A DNA stretch of 46,566 nucleotides from a virus (IMGVR_UViG_3300011445_000031:1-46566); one strand, 5' to 3'; counted from the stretch's first letter, positions 1 to 8,952 are shown. Numbers and translations: made by a program. The notes: generated by a model not told the origin, from the sequence alone.

Positions 1-123
1 AAAGGTTTTCCTAATGCTATTTTTGATATGGATAGAAGTGGTGCAGTTATAACTTGGTCATATTTCCATAGTCAATCTGTGCCTTTATTGTTAAGATACG
101 TCCAAGACAATGACCTGTGGACA
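1..123. repeat. Terminal overlap, identical to 46444-46566 (circular closure of the contig)
   Basis: Base-by-base comparison of the first 123 nt with the last 123 nt shows identity. The repeat lies in frame inside a coding sequence. Confidence 0.95.
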
Positions 124-588
124 CATAAGTTACAGGCAGCTAAAGCTGTTACACGATATATACGCACAGTTCCACATGCATTTGAAGCGTGGGATAAGCT
201 ACACGATGATTTTGAAACAGATATGAGTGGTATAGTTAAAAAAGCGAAGGCAATAGAAAAGTATTTTCAAAATCAAATAGAATTCAATTCTGTAATAGCA
301 CAAGTTATTAACTGTGATGGTCATACCTGTCCAGTTATTAACTGTAACACAACCTTTATATCAGAGATGTGTCACCTGTTACATGAAAAACATCAAACAG
401 AAATCGCGGCAAGTTTCTTTATAGACCAAGATAGCAAGGTTATCTTTAGCTTACGTAGTGCAGGTAGGATAGATGTATCAGCAATAGCAAAGAAATTCGG
501 CGGTGGTGGACACCATAATGCTGCTGGATTTAAATGTTCACTCGATAATTTACACAGAATACTATCTTCAAAGGAGTTTCAAGCATGA
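1..588 (+). CDS. DHH/DHHA1-family phosphoesterase, 3' portion (the ORF opens at ATG 46177 and crosses the circular junction; about 284 aa in total)
   Basis: Position 1 is in frame with 46177..46566. The DHHA1 motif FGGGGHHNAAGF lies in this part. The stop overlaps the next start (ATGA at 585-588). Confidence 0.85.
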   Translation, partial: KGFPNAIFDMDRSGAVITWSYFHSQSVPLLLRYVQDNDLWTHKLQAAKAVTRYIRTVPHAFEAWDKLHDDFETDMSGIVKKAKAIEKYFQNQIEFNSVIAQVINCDGHTCPVINCNTTFISEMCHLLHEKHQTEIAASFFIDQDSKVIFSLRSAGRIDVSAIAKKFGGGGHHNAAGFKCSLDNLHRILSSKEFQA

Positions 589-1031
589 GTAACATACAAG
601 CAAAACAAGCGGAGTTCATGGTAATGGCTCAACAACGTGTAGCTAAGTTGAGAGATGTAGTATCTGCTAAAGGCCCAATGAAAGACTCTGAACTTTATAT
701 GAATCTATGTGAAGAAGAGTTTGATGAACTTAGAAAAGCCTTTGTTATCTATAGCAATGCTATTCGTCCAGATGAACGTCTAGCTGCGTTATCTGAACTA
801 CTTGATGGAGTTTGTGATTTAGCAGTAACTATGATGGGTGTCTGTAATTCACTTGGGCTTCCATTTGATGCTGCGTTTCATGAAGTCCATAAGAGTAATA
901 TGAATAAGTTTACAATGGTAGATGGACAATATAAGATATTGAAGCGTGTAGATGGTAAAGTTGTTAAGCCGCATGATTGGACACCTCCGAATCTAATGAG
1001 CATACTGAAGTACTATCTTATTAACGAATAA
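585..1031 (+). CDS. MazG-like all-alpha nucleoside triphosphate pyrophosphohydrolase
   Basis: 148-aa ORF with AAGGAG 8 nt upstream. Acidic helix motifs CEEEFDELRKAF and LDGVCDLAVTMMG resemble MazG/HisE-type metal-binding helices. Confidence 0.6.
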   Translation: MSNIQAKQAEFMVMAQQRVAKLRDVVSAKGPMKDSELYMNLCEEEFDELRKAFVIYSNAIRPDERLAALSELLDGVCDLAVTMMGVCNSLGLPFDAAFHEVHKSNMNKFTMVDGQYKILKRVDGKVVKPHDWTPPNLMSILKYYLINE

Positions 1032-1040
1032 GGAGGGAGC

Positions 1041-1310
1041 ATGAGTAGCAACGACTTGATGCTTCTGTCTGATTCTTTAGATAAGATAAGACAGTTAACA
1101 AATGATACAAAACTGAACGAAAAACTACAAGATAAAAAGTATTTAGAAATAGGGCAAGACATGGCGGCTGTTGCTCGATATGCAAATACCGTCGGTGGTA
1201 TTATGTTTGGTCTATATATGGCAGGTAGACCTGTAGATAAGGTTATTGATACAAAGTTTACAGAAAACGCTGTTATAGACGATACCACGGATAATAAAAA
1301 TGAATCTTAA
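1041..1310 (+). CDS. Hypothetical early protein (89 aa)
   Basis: ORF preceded by a strong SD (TAAGGAGGGAGC-ATG). Its 3' end overlaps the next ORF in the tightly packed operon. Confidence 0.6.
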   Translation: MSSNDLMLLSDSLDKIRQLTNDTKLNEKLQDKKYLEIGQDMAAVARYANTVGGIMFGLYMAGRPVDKVIDTKFTENAVIDDTTDNKNES

Positions 1311-2187
1311 AGAACTAGCTGCGGCTGTAAATACACCACCAGAAGGTGAAACGATTCTTATCTACGGAGATGGCAAGGTTGGTAAAAGCACACTTGCTGT
1401 TTCTGTAGCTAAGGCTAAACGTATTAAACAAGTAGATTGGTTTGACCTTGAAAATGGACAAGCTCGTCTTGTAACAATGGTTAAGACTGGAGAACTTACA
1501 GCAGAAGAAGCGGCTAAGATACGGATATTTCGTGTAAGAGATAGTGTAGAACAGCCACTTGCATTTGAAACAATGGGTAAAGTATTACTTGTTCCTGGGC
1601 CACATCAAGTATGTGATGCTCATGGACGTGTCATGCCTAATTGTAAAGAATGTAGAGATGCAAAAGCTAGCTTTCAGACTTTTAATATGAAAGAGCATAA
1701 TGCTGATACAGCTATTGTCATTGATACAGGTAGTCAATTAAGCGACAGTATCATGCATTACTATAATAAAGGTGAGATGCTAAAAGGCACAAGTGGCATG
1801 GATGCATATAGAGAGCAGGGATTAAGACTTGTTGAGTTTCTTACAGAGATACAGCGCGGAAGAACAAATATAATCATGGTAACACATAGTCTTGCTGTTG
1901 AATTGGAAGCGGGAACTGAAAGAATAGCACCTCTTGAATATAAAGGCCCGAAAGAGGAAAGACGCTATCCAATGATAGGAACACGTCCATTTAGTATGAA
2001 AGTAGGTAAATACTTTGGGCACGTTGCTTTTCTTAAAGTCCGACTAAGACAACATCAAGGCGGTAGTAGCACTGTATATCAACAAGATGTAATAACAGGT
2101 AGTCGTACTAATTGGCATATTGAAACACAAATTGACAAAGATAAGAAACAAATAATGAGTCTTGTTCCATTGTTTGATAGGACATAA
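1300..2187 (+). CDS. AAA_24 / Sak4-like RecA-fold ATPase (recombination-associated) with a Cys/His insertion
   Basis: Walker A is ILIYGDGKVGKSTLA, followed by DWFDLENG. Walker B-like segment is AIVIDTGSQL. A CDAHGRVMPNCKEC insertion looks like a zinc knuckle. Confidence 0.7.
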   Translation: MNLKELAAAVNTPPEGETILIYGDGKVGKSTLAVSVAKAKRIKQVDWFDLENGQARLVTMVKTGELTAEEAAKIRIFRVRDSVEQPLAFETMGKVLLVPGPHQVCDAHGRVMPNCKECRDAKASFQTFNMKEHNADTAIVIDTGSQLSDSIMHYYNKGEMLKGTSGMDAYREQGLRLVEFLTEIQRGRTNIIMVTHSLAVELEAGTERIAPLEYKGPKEERRYPMIGTRPFSMKVGKYFGHVAFLKVRLRQHQGGSSTVYQQDVITGSRTNWHIETQIDKDKKQIMSLVPLFDRT

Positions 2188-2188
2188 T

Positions 2189-2824
2189 ATGTGGATATGC
2201 TACTATACTGATATAACAAATGAATTAACTACACGACTTACAAATATAAGTATTGCTAGTGCACGTAAACACATGCCAGATGTAAAGGTTCTTTTTATCT
2301 ATCCTGATTGGCATTTACTTAATCCAGAAATAGGTAAACATGTAGATCATATGTATCCTATAATGAACTTACCTAAAGGTGTGCATTGGGATTATCGACG
2401 TTGTTTAGCTAATGCAGAAGTTACTGGTGAATGTCTTTTTATTGATACAGACACGGTATTTCAGCATGATGTAAGTAATGTATGGACACATCCTTTTGAT
2501 GTCGCAGCTACATTGAGAGAGAAACCATTTGAGGCGCAAATACCTTATAATATGGGTGTATGTTTTTCAAGAACACCACGATTCTGGAAACATGTAGCAT
2601 TACAAATACCTAAAGCAAGTAATCATTGGCGAGATAGTGAACTAGCATTTAGTAAAACAGCTATGATAACTAGTGAATATACAGTTAGACAGTTACCTGG
2701 ACATTTGTATAATAAAACACCGGAAACCAAAGGAGAAAGCGTAAGTCACGCTTACATTGTACATTATAAAGGTGTCGTAAGAAAGCCGTGGATGCTTGCA
2801 AGAGAAAAGGAGTTTATAGAATGA
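2189..2824 (+). CDS. Glycosyltransferase, GT8-like (retaining GT-A fold)
   Basis: Motifs: DxD in LFIDTDTVF, YNMGVCF (GT8 'NxGV'), and the C-terminal HYKGVVRKPW (GT8 'HxxGxxKPW'). I chose ATG 2189, 1 nt after the upstream stop, rather than the track start at 2162. Confidence 0.75.
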   Translation: MWICYYTDITNELTTRLTNISIASARKHMPDVKVLFIYPDWHLLNPEIGKHVDHMYPIMNLPKGVHWDYRRCLANAEVTGECLFIDTDTVFQHDVSNVWTHPFDVAATLREKPFEAQIPYNMGVCFSRTPRFWKHVALQIPKASNHWRDSELAFSKTAMITSEYTVRQLPGHLYNKTPETKGESVSHAYIVHYKGVVRKPWMLAREKEFIE

Positions 2825-3528
2825 TAGCAATTCTTGTGCCAAGTAGAGGGCGGCCTGAACAATTTTTAAGATTCCTAGATAGTATACAGAGCCTATCTTC
2901 AGCATTTACGCCAATTAGAATATATAGTGCTCATGATGAAGATGATCCAGTAATAGACGACTATCTAACAATTCATACCTCAATTGCTAATATCCAGTTA
3001 CAGAAGAATGTTAAAACAAGGAAACCTGTACCACAGTTGATGGAATATCTTGGAATGAAAGCTTATAATGATGGCGCAGATTTTATCGTTATAGCCAGTG
3101 ATGATGTTATTTGCACAACGACGGATTGGGATTTAACACTTGTCGAGAAATATAACAGATATAAAGATAAACTTATGGTAGGTTACTTTAATAATGGTTT
3201 TGATAGAAACATGGCAGAACATTATGTAGTATCGAAAGAATGGATTAAGGTTCTTGGATACTACGCACCAATTCAATTTAACCATTTCTATGTAGATTCG
3301 TGGATAGGTGATATTGCAAATAGAGCCGGACGATTGGAATTTTTTAAAGATATAAAATTTAGGCATATGCATTTCAAATATAATCTTGCTGCGTATGATG
3401 ATACATACAAGAGAACAAGAGAAAATGATTTTCCAAGAAAAGATAAAAAAATATTTGATGCAACAGAACCAGCACGAGTTATTGACGCTGAGAGAATAAA
3501 GGCTGCAATATGCGCGTCGGCTTTATAA
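2821..3528 (+). CDS. Glycosyltransferase, GT-A fold (GT2-like)
   Basis: N-terminus MIAILVPSRGRPEQF is typical of GT2-type Rossmann starts, and there is an acidic motif IVIASDDVI. SD AAGGAG is present, and an ATGA overlap with the upstream stop supports the start at 2821. Confidence 0.6.
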   Translation: MIAILVPSRGRPEQFLRFLDSIQSLSSAFTPIRIYSAHDEDDPVIDDYLTIHTSIANIQLQKNVKTRKPVPQLMEYLGMKAYNDGADFIVIASDDVICTTTDWDLTLVEKYNRYKDKLMVGYFNNGFDRNMAEHYVVSKEWIKVLGYYAPIQFNHFYVDSWIGDIANRAGRLEFFKDIKFRHMHFKYNLAAYDDTYKRTRENDFPRKDKKIFDATEPARVIDAERIKAAICASAL

Positions 3529-4382
3529 GTACTGGCACTAATAATGTAATGGCGGTTATAAACAGTGCTAAGTGTATCCCGGAATTTAAACGTATAGAAA
3601 CGCTTATATTCAGCCATCAGGTAGGTAGAAACCAGAATCCAAATATAGCAGATTGGGCACGTAATGAACGGTTAGATTATATATTCTTTATAGGTAGCGC
3701 AGCAGGAACAGACCCAGCGCCAGAGCACTTTATAGCAATAAAGCACATGAATATTCCTTGCTATCATATATGTTTTGATGGTGGAGATAAACCCTGGTGG
3801 CCGCGCCTAGAGCTTTATAAGCAACAATGTCTATTTGACTTACAAGTAAATATAGATGGGTTAAAAGGTAATCCTTGTGACCTAACAACACTATGTCCTC
3901 TTAATCCTGATGATTTTAATCCATTGACAAAAAAGACAATACCATTTGGATTCGCAGGAAACATTAAATCCGCTGTGCGTTCTAATCTTGTTCGGCAGCT
4001 ACAGAATGGCGGATATATACAAGTCCGTGTACGAGATGCTGCTGTTGATTCATTTAAAGACTACTGTAATTTCCTAAACAACTGTAGTGGTATGCTTAAT
4101 ATTAGCTATACAGGTACAGGAAAAGCACACCATGTCAAAGCTAGAATACTTGAAGGAATGTATGCCGGATGTGTTCTTGTCGAAGATGAACGTGCCCCTA
4201 CAAAAGAATACTTTGTGCAAGGAATTGACTACTTATCATATAACGGGACATCAGAAAGCGTTATACGAGCTATTAATGCTACGGGCGTTGTGCTCACAGA
4301 CAGGATTCGAGAGAAAGCCATAGACTTATATGGCCCAAGAGCATTCTATAAACAAATCTTAGGAAAGGGAATATTAGCGTGA
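3510..4382 (+). CDS. Glycosyltransferase, GT-B fold (CgeB/GT1-like C-terminal domain)
   Basis: C-terminal motif KARILEGMYAGCVLVEDERAPTKEYFVQGIDYL resembles the Glyco_trans_1_2/CgeB signature 'R.fE....G..lv...'. The ORF overlaps the previous gene by 19 nt. Confidence 0.5.
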   Translation: MRVGFISTGTNNVMAVINSAKCIPEFKRIETLIFSHQVGRNQNPNIADWARNERLDYIFFIGSAAGTDPAPEHFIAIKHMNIPCYHICFDGGDKPWWPRLELYKQQCLFDLQVNIDGLKGNPCDLTTLCPLNPDDFNPLTKKTIPFGFAGNIKSAVRSNLVRQLQNGGYIQVRVRDAAVDSFKDYCNFLNNCSGMLNISYTGTGKAHHVKARILEGMYAGCVLVEDERAPTKEYFVQGIDYLSYNGTSESVIRAINATGVVLTDRIREKAIDLYGPRAFYKQILGKGILA

Positions 4383-4975
4383 TGCTTACAGGTTCACGCC
4401 CTACATTACTTATTATTGATGACTATTATACACAACCTAATGGAAATCCTATGGCACAAGCCAATGAAGTTCTCATTGATTTAGATAATCTAGATAGCAT
4501 TGATCTTGCTACGGTTGAAGCGGCGCCTGAGTTTATTGAACCACCTGCTGGACGTTATAAACTTGGACTGCAAGCAAAAGTAGAAGAGTATGAAAAAGAT
4601 GAGAAAGATGATGAAGGTGATAAGACTGGTGAGAAAGTCAAAGCGAAGCGAATCCGCTTTACTTATGACATACAGGAAGTTCTGGAATTGAAAGACAAGA
4701 AAGAACTGCTTCCTGTTGAAGGTTCGCTGTTTAGCGAAAGCTTTACAGTGACACCAGAAGGTTTGCGTTTCTTTAAAACTCGTGCAGAAGCAATTCTTGG
4801 CGAGTTAGGAAATGCGAAGATTTCAGAAGTTGTTACGGAGTTAAATACTGGTGTATCTATTACCGCAGATGTTAAGTTACGGCTTACTGATGGTACAGAT
4901 GCAGAAGGCAACAAGCGGAAATACACCAATATAAATGTGCACGTTCTTCAAGGACACCAGAAGGCAAATCTGTAA
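4379..4975 (+). CDS. Putative ssDNA-binding / DUF669-like recombination accessory protein with an acidic central tract
   Basis: GTGATG start overlaps the upstream stop. Features are a PPAGRYKLGL motif, a KDE-rich tract, and a position in the module downstream of the Sak4-like ATPase. The start is uncertain (alternative ATG at 4452). Confidence 0.35.
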   Translation: MMLTGSRPTLLIIDDYYTQPNGNPMAQANEVLIDLDNLDSIDLATVEAAPEFIEPPAGRYKLGLQAKVEEYEKDEKDDEGDKTGEKVKAKRIRFTYDIQEVLELKDKKELLPVEGSLFSESFTVTPEGLRFFKTRAEAILGELGNAKISEVVTELNTGVSITADVKLRLTDGTDAEGNKRKYTNINVHVLQGHQKANL

Positions 4976-4991
4976 TAGTTGTAGATCACAT

Positions 4992-5021
4992 AGGCCCGCT
5001 TGTATAGGGGCCTTTTCTTTT
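4992..5021 (+). terminator. Intrinsic (rho-independent) terminator
   Basis: AGGCCC (4992-4997) pairs with GGGCCT (5008-5013) around a 10-nt loop, followed by TTTTCTTTT. It sits 17 nt after the stop at 4975. Confidence 0.55.
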
Positions 5022-5045
5022 GTTCTATACACAACAGGAAAACAA

Positions 5046-5399
5046 ATGAGTAAAAAGCACTTGCCATTACCTGAAATAAAAGAAAAGACAATCTTGGATA
5101 TAGCTGCTGAACTTGTACAAGGTGATAGAAATAAAACATACAAACATCCGAATGAGAACTTTAGGAATATTAAAGAATTCTGGAATACTTACTTTCTTGC
5201 TATAAATGGACGTGACGATTCGGCACAAGTAGATTCTAGAAATGATGGTTATCCAACAAAAATAAATGAATTCGATGTAGCTATGCTGATGGTATTAATG
5301 AAGGTTGCGCGCCTTGCTACAAATAATACGCATAGAGATAGTCTTATTGACATTGCAGGATATGCTCGCTGTGCAGAACGGGTTCTTACAAATAAATAA
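5046..5399 (+). CDS. DUF6378-like protein (family annotated as dATP/dGTP diphosphohydrolase domain)
   Basis: Motif GDRNKTYKHPNENFRNIKEFW matches the 'GDRxxxYG...nF' signature as I remember it. I chose ATG 5046, downstream of the terminator, rather than 4935, which would read through the hairpin. Confidence 0.55.
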   Translation: MSKKHLPLPEIKEKTILDIAAELVQGDRNKTYKHPNENFRNIKEFWNTYFLAINGRDDSAQVDSRNDGYPTKINEFDVAMLMVLMKVARLATNNTHRDSLIDIAGYARCAERVLTNK

Positions 5400-5413
5400 C
5401 ATAGCAAAACAAA

Positions 5414-7702
5414 ATGCGGATTCTCTTAAACTATGATCCACATTTGGAGAATCATAAGTCGTCAATAGCAGGATTAATGAAGAATAAGGGCTTGCTGGTA
5501 ATGGCAACTAGCAAGACCCTTTCTATTACAGACTTATTAGCTACAGCAAAAGTGGCGAAATGTGAAGCTATTCTCTTAGCAAATGAAGGGACACTTAAGA
5601 ATCTTGTAAACAGTAGTTACAAAGTAAGCTTGGACAAGTATAGAGGAAGTCGATTAGATTATAGTATCCCAATAATTGTTGGTGCTCCAATAGATCATTT
5701 AAGGAAAGTGCGTTATGGAAAATGGCTATATGAAAAAGACCTTGATAAGTTTAAAAAGATTAAAATACCTGTTGTGCAGCTTAAATTTACTGTTTGCAAA
5801 ACACGTGAACTATTGGACAAGTGTTTGGCCGTGGCTAAGAAAGCCATTATCATCTCGACAGATATTGAAACTGACTCTAATAATCGAATTACTTGCGTTG
5901 GTTATAGTTGCTTACTCCCTAACTTTAACACTGTTACCTTTCTAATACCTTTCGTAGATTTTGGAACTGACCATTGGAGTAACGAAGATGACTATGGATA
6001 TGCTATTACTTGTATGCGGGCTATATCTGCACTTCCTAATGCAAAATTATACTTCAACGGTTTATATGACGCTCAATACCAGATTACTTACCATGCTGAG
6101 CCTAACAATTTCGTACTCGATGCTATGGCTCTTGCTCATGCTGAATATAGTGAATTACCTAAGAGCTTGGATTTTGTATCTTCCTTAAATTTACATGATT
6201 ATTACTTTTGGAAAGATGATGCTGACGAAGCCAGAAAGAAGGGTGATATTCAAACGTACTGGGCATATTGTGCCAGAGATAGTTGGAATACACTTCGCTG
6301 CTTTATTAATCAGATACGCAATGCAAAGCCATACGCATTCAGAAACTACAAAGAACTTTTTAAGATGGTCTATCCTTATATATACTGTGCATTCGAAGGT
6401 TTGCTTCTGGAACAAGAGACACTCAAAGCAAATACTATTGAAGCTGAACGCATTGCTGAATCTGCTAAACAAAGTTTACGTAAGATGGCCGATAACGAAG
6501 ATTTCAATCCAGCATCGCCAAAACAAGTTGGAATACTATTATTTGATATTCTTGGAGCTAAACCTGTTGCTAAGCCAAGAAAGAAAAAGGATGGTACATG
6601 GACAAGTAAAAGAGGAACAGACGAAACTGCACTCGCAAAAATTGCTGAACAACATCCACTATTTGCTCTTTTTATTGCACATCTATTTGACTACCGAGAG
6701 AAAGCGAAAGCGGTAGGAACATATTTTAAATTCAATCAATGGACTGGAATTAACAATGACATCAAACCGCGTTTACTCTACGGGATTAATCCATTTGGAA
6801 CGGACACGGGCAGAGCTGCTAGTAATGCAAGTAGTTTTAGGTTATATGATGATGCGAGAGAGGAGATCAGAAGTTACGGAACACAGGTTCAAAACATACC
6901 GATCTATGCTAAAAACATGCTCATATCAGATATCGGCTATGAACTTGGCGAGGCTGATAACAATAAATCAGAAGCTAGATGTGTTGGATTTCTTTCAGGC
7001 TGTATTCCCCTTATCCAGGCTCTCGAAGATAGAGCAAAAGACTTTTATAAAGTACTTGGAACATTGTTCTTTAGTATACCCTATGAGTCAGTTACAAAAC
7101 AATTACGCAATGATATTCTTAAACGGATAGTTCACGGTAGAAATTACTTAATGGGTGTTGATACATTCATTGAGACAGTGATTAAACAAACACATAGCAC
7201 GAAAATCTTATATGAAGGCGCAGCACTCATTAATTATCCTATTACTAATCTTCGCGCGTTTGTAAGTTATTTGTTAGGTCTATATAATAAACCATTTCCA
7301 GAAGTAACAGAATGGTATACAGAGATTAAGCTTGAAGTTGTAAGAAATCATACACTTACAAGTCCTCTTGGTTGGACAAGATATTTCTTCGGAGACATAA
7401 TAAAAGATCATAAAGTTTTTCGTAACGCAGTAGCACATGCTCCACAGAATCTTAGTGTTATGATTCTTAATAAAGGTTTATGGAAAGTTTACAAGTGTTT
7501 AGTCCTAGTAGAGAAAGGTTTATTCAGGCTAAAGGCGCAAATCCATGATAGTATCTTTTGGCAATCTCCACCAGAGAAGCGAGAAGAATACGACAGGCGT
7601 GTAAAAGAATGCATGGATAATCCGGTCATGATTAAAGGTAGAAAGATGTCTATACCTGTAGATATTAATCATGGCAATAATTGGCTTGAGTTGAAGTCAT
7701 GA
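5414..7702 (+). CDS. Family A DNA polymerase with 3'-5' exonuclease domain
   Basis: Exo I is STDIETDS, Exo II is FNGLYDAQY, Exo III is YWAYCARDS. Pol motif A is ADNNKSEAR (pattern D-x4-E-x-R), motif B is RNDILKRIVHGRNYLMG, motif C is QIHDS. Confidence 0.9.
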   Translation: MRILLNYDPHLENHKSSIAGLMKNKGLLVMATSKTLSITDLLATAKVAKCEAILLANEGTLKNLVNSSYKVSLDKYRGSRLDYSIPIIVGAPIDHLRKVRYGKWLYEKDLDKFKKIKIPVVQLKFTVCKTRELLDKCLAVAKKAIIISTDIETDSNNRITCVGYSCLLPNFNTVTFLIPFVDFGTDHWSNEDDYGYAITCMRAISALPNAKLYFNGLYDAQYQITYHAEPNNFVLDAMALAHAEYSELPKSLDFVSSLNLHDYYFWKDDADEARKKGDIQTYWAYCARDSWNTLRCFINQIRNAKPYAFRNYKELFKMVYPYIYCAFEGLLLEQETLKANTIEAERIAESAKQSLRKMADNEDFNPASPKQVGILLFDILGAKPVAKPRKKKDGTWTSKRGTDETALAKIAEQHPLFALFIAHLFDYREKAKAVGTYFKFNQWTGINNDIKPRLLYGINPFGTDTGRAASNASSFRLYDDAREEIRSYGTQVQNIPIYAKNMLISDIGYELGEADNNKSEARCVGFLSGCIPLIQALEDRAKDFYKVLGTLFFSIPYESVTKQLRNDILKRIVHGRNYLMGVDTFIETVIKQTHSTKILYEGAALINYPITNLRAFVSYLLGLYNKPFPEVTEWYTEIKLEVVRNHTLTSPLGWTRYFFGDIIKDHKVFRNAVAHAPQNLSVMILNKGLWKVYKCLVLVEKGLFRLKAQIHDSIFWQSPPEKREEYDRRVKECMDNPVMIKGRKMSIPVDINHGNNWLELKS

Positions 7703-8952
7703 TAAATGGAGATACATTCTATGAAAGATATTTCTCATATATCGGCCTTACTGAAAGCCCAAGGCTTTATCACAGATGGACAGCAGTTTCAATTATTGCG
7801 GCACTCCTCGGACGACGTTTGTTTATTCCATTTGGTCACGATAATATCTACCCCAACCATTACATATTACTTGTTGGAGACCCAGGAACAAGAAAAGGAA
7901 CTGCTATTACTCCCGGTAAACGGTTACTTAGAAGTTCAGGCTATAACAAGTTCTCCCCAGATAGACTCTCCCCTGAAAGATTCATCATCGAACTTGAAAA
8001 TAGCAGTAGGATAGAAGTACCTACAGAAGATGGATTGATAGAGTTAGAGAATATAACATTAGAGGAAACTAGCGAACTTTATGTTAATATCGGTGAGTTT
8101 GGAGACTTTATTGGGGATGGTAATCTTAACTTTATTAGATTGCTTACTAATCTATGGGATAATCTCCCAGAATATAAGCACCCCAAGATACATGGTAAAA
8201 GCGTTGCTGTTCCCAAGCCTACTGTTAATATTTTTGCTGGCACTACAAGCCAAGATATTGCAACTGCTATTCCAATAGAAGCAATAGGACAAGGATTCTT
8301 TAGTCGGTTTATCTTAGTACATGGAGAAGCATTAGGTAGGATGTATAGTCGATTACCAGAGAAAGATCCTGAAGAACGAAAAGTGTTTGCTAAAGAGTTA
8401 GTTAAGATAAGAGAAACAATGGAAGGAGAGTTGATTGTACCTGATAGTGTATGGGGGTTATTAGACAAGCTATATAAAGGTTTTATAGATATAGATGACT
8501 ATAGATTTAAGCATTACAGTACACGGCGATATACGCATTTATTGAAACTATCTATGACAATTGCCGCTATGCGCTGTAGTCAAACACTAAGTGAAGAAGA
8601 TTGTATTAATGCGAATACGCTTCTTCATTATACAGAACTAAGAATGCCTAAAGCGTTAGGTGAATATGGGAAAGCAAAGAACGCGGATGTCACAAATAAT
8701 GTCATGCATATTATTAGGAGTGCTCGAATCCCGCCAGCTATGCGTGACATATACAAGAAGGTAGCACAAGATTTAAACAAGCTGACTGATCTTCAGGATA
8801 TAATAAACAACCTGAAGCAAGCTGGAAAGATTGAAGTCGTAGATGTACTAAATGAGAATAGAAAGGGATATGCCGCCAAATCACAAGTCCAAAAGAAATG
8901 GGATTCGGCATTTATTAATGATAGTTTCTTAACAACAGAAGAGAGGTTATAA
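7699..8952 (+). CDS. DUF3987/VirE-like P-loop NTPase (putative replicative helicase or loader)
   Basis: Walker A-like segment LLVGDPGTRKGT, then NIFAGTTSQD...GQGFFSRFILVHGE, which resembles DUF3987 conserved blocks. ATGA overlap with the polymerase gene. Confidence 0.5.
   Translation: MINGDTFYERYFSYIGLTESPRLYHRWTAVSIIAALLGRRLFIPFGHDNIYPNHYILLVGDPGTRKGTAITPGKRLLRSSGYNKFSPDRLSPERFIIELENSSRIEVPTEDGLIELENITLEETSELYVNIGEFGDFIGDGNLNFIRLLTNLWDNLPEYKHPKIHGKSVAVPKPTVNIFAGTTSQDIATAIPIEAIGQGFFSRFILVHGEALGRMYSRLPEKDPEERKVFAKELVKIRETMEGELIVPDSVWGLLDKLYKGFIDIDDYRFKHYSTRRYTHLLKLSMTIAAMRCSQTLSEEDCINANTLLHYTELRMPKALGEYGKAKNADVTNNVMHIIRSARIPPAMRDIYKKVAQDLNKLTDLQDIINNLKQAGKIEVVDVLNENRKGYAAKSQVQKKWDSAFINDSFLTTEERL

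Noticed and set aside
1-123. 123-bp repeat interpreted as physical direct terminal repeats (T7-like)
   Set aside because: The repeat is in frame inside the DHH gene and carries no promoter or terminator features. It is most simply an assembly or circular-permutation overlap. Sequence alone cannot fully exclude the alternative.
2162-2188. Upstream extended starts proposed by the ORF track (2162, 2788, 4935, 23030, 32887)
   Set aside because: Each extension overlaps the preceding gene or a terminator hairpin. In-frame downstream starts sit next to the upstream stop. Three of them have a recognisable SD (2821, 5046, 32797) and the other two do not. 23030 remains a possible alternative.
2189-4382. 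Direct assignment of the glycosyltransferase trio as T4-like DNA glucosyltransferases
   Set aside because: No dCMP/dUMP hydroxymethylase, dCTPase or other base-hypermodification genes were recognised. The folds (GT8, GT-A, CgeB-like) differ from T4 alpha- and beta-GT. I kept it only as one of several hypotheses.
5715-7130. Several 75-173-aa alternative-frame + ORFs inside the polymerase gene
   Set aside because: They lie inside a 762-aa ORF that carries all exo and pol motifs in one frame. Their translations are low-complexity and Leu/Ile-rich.
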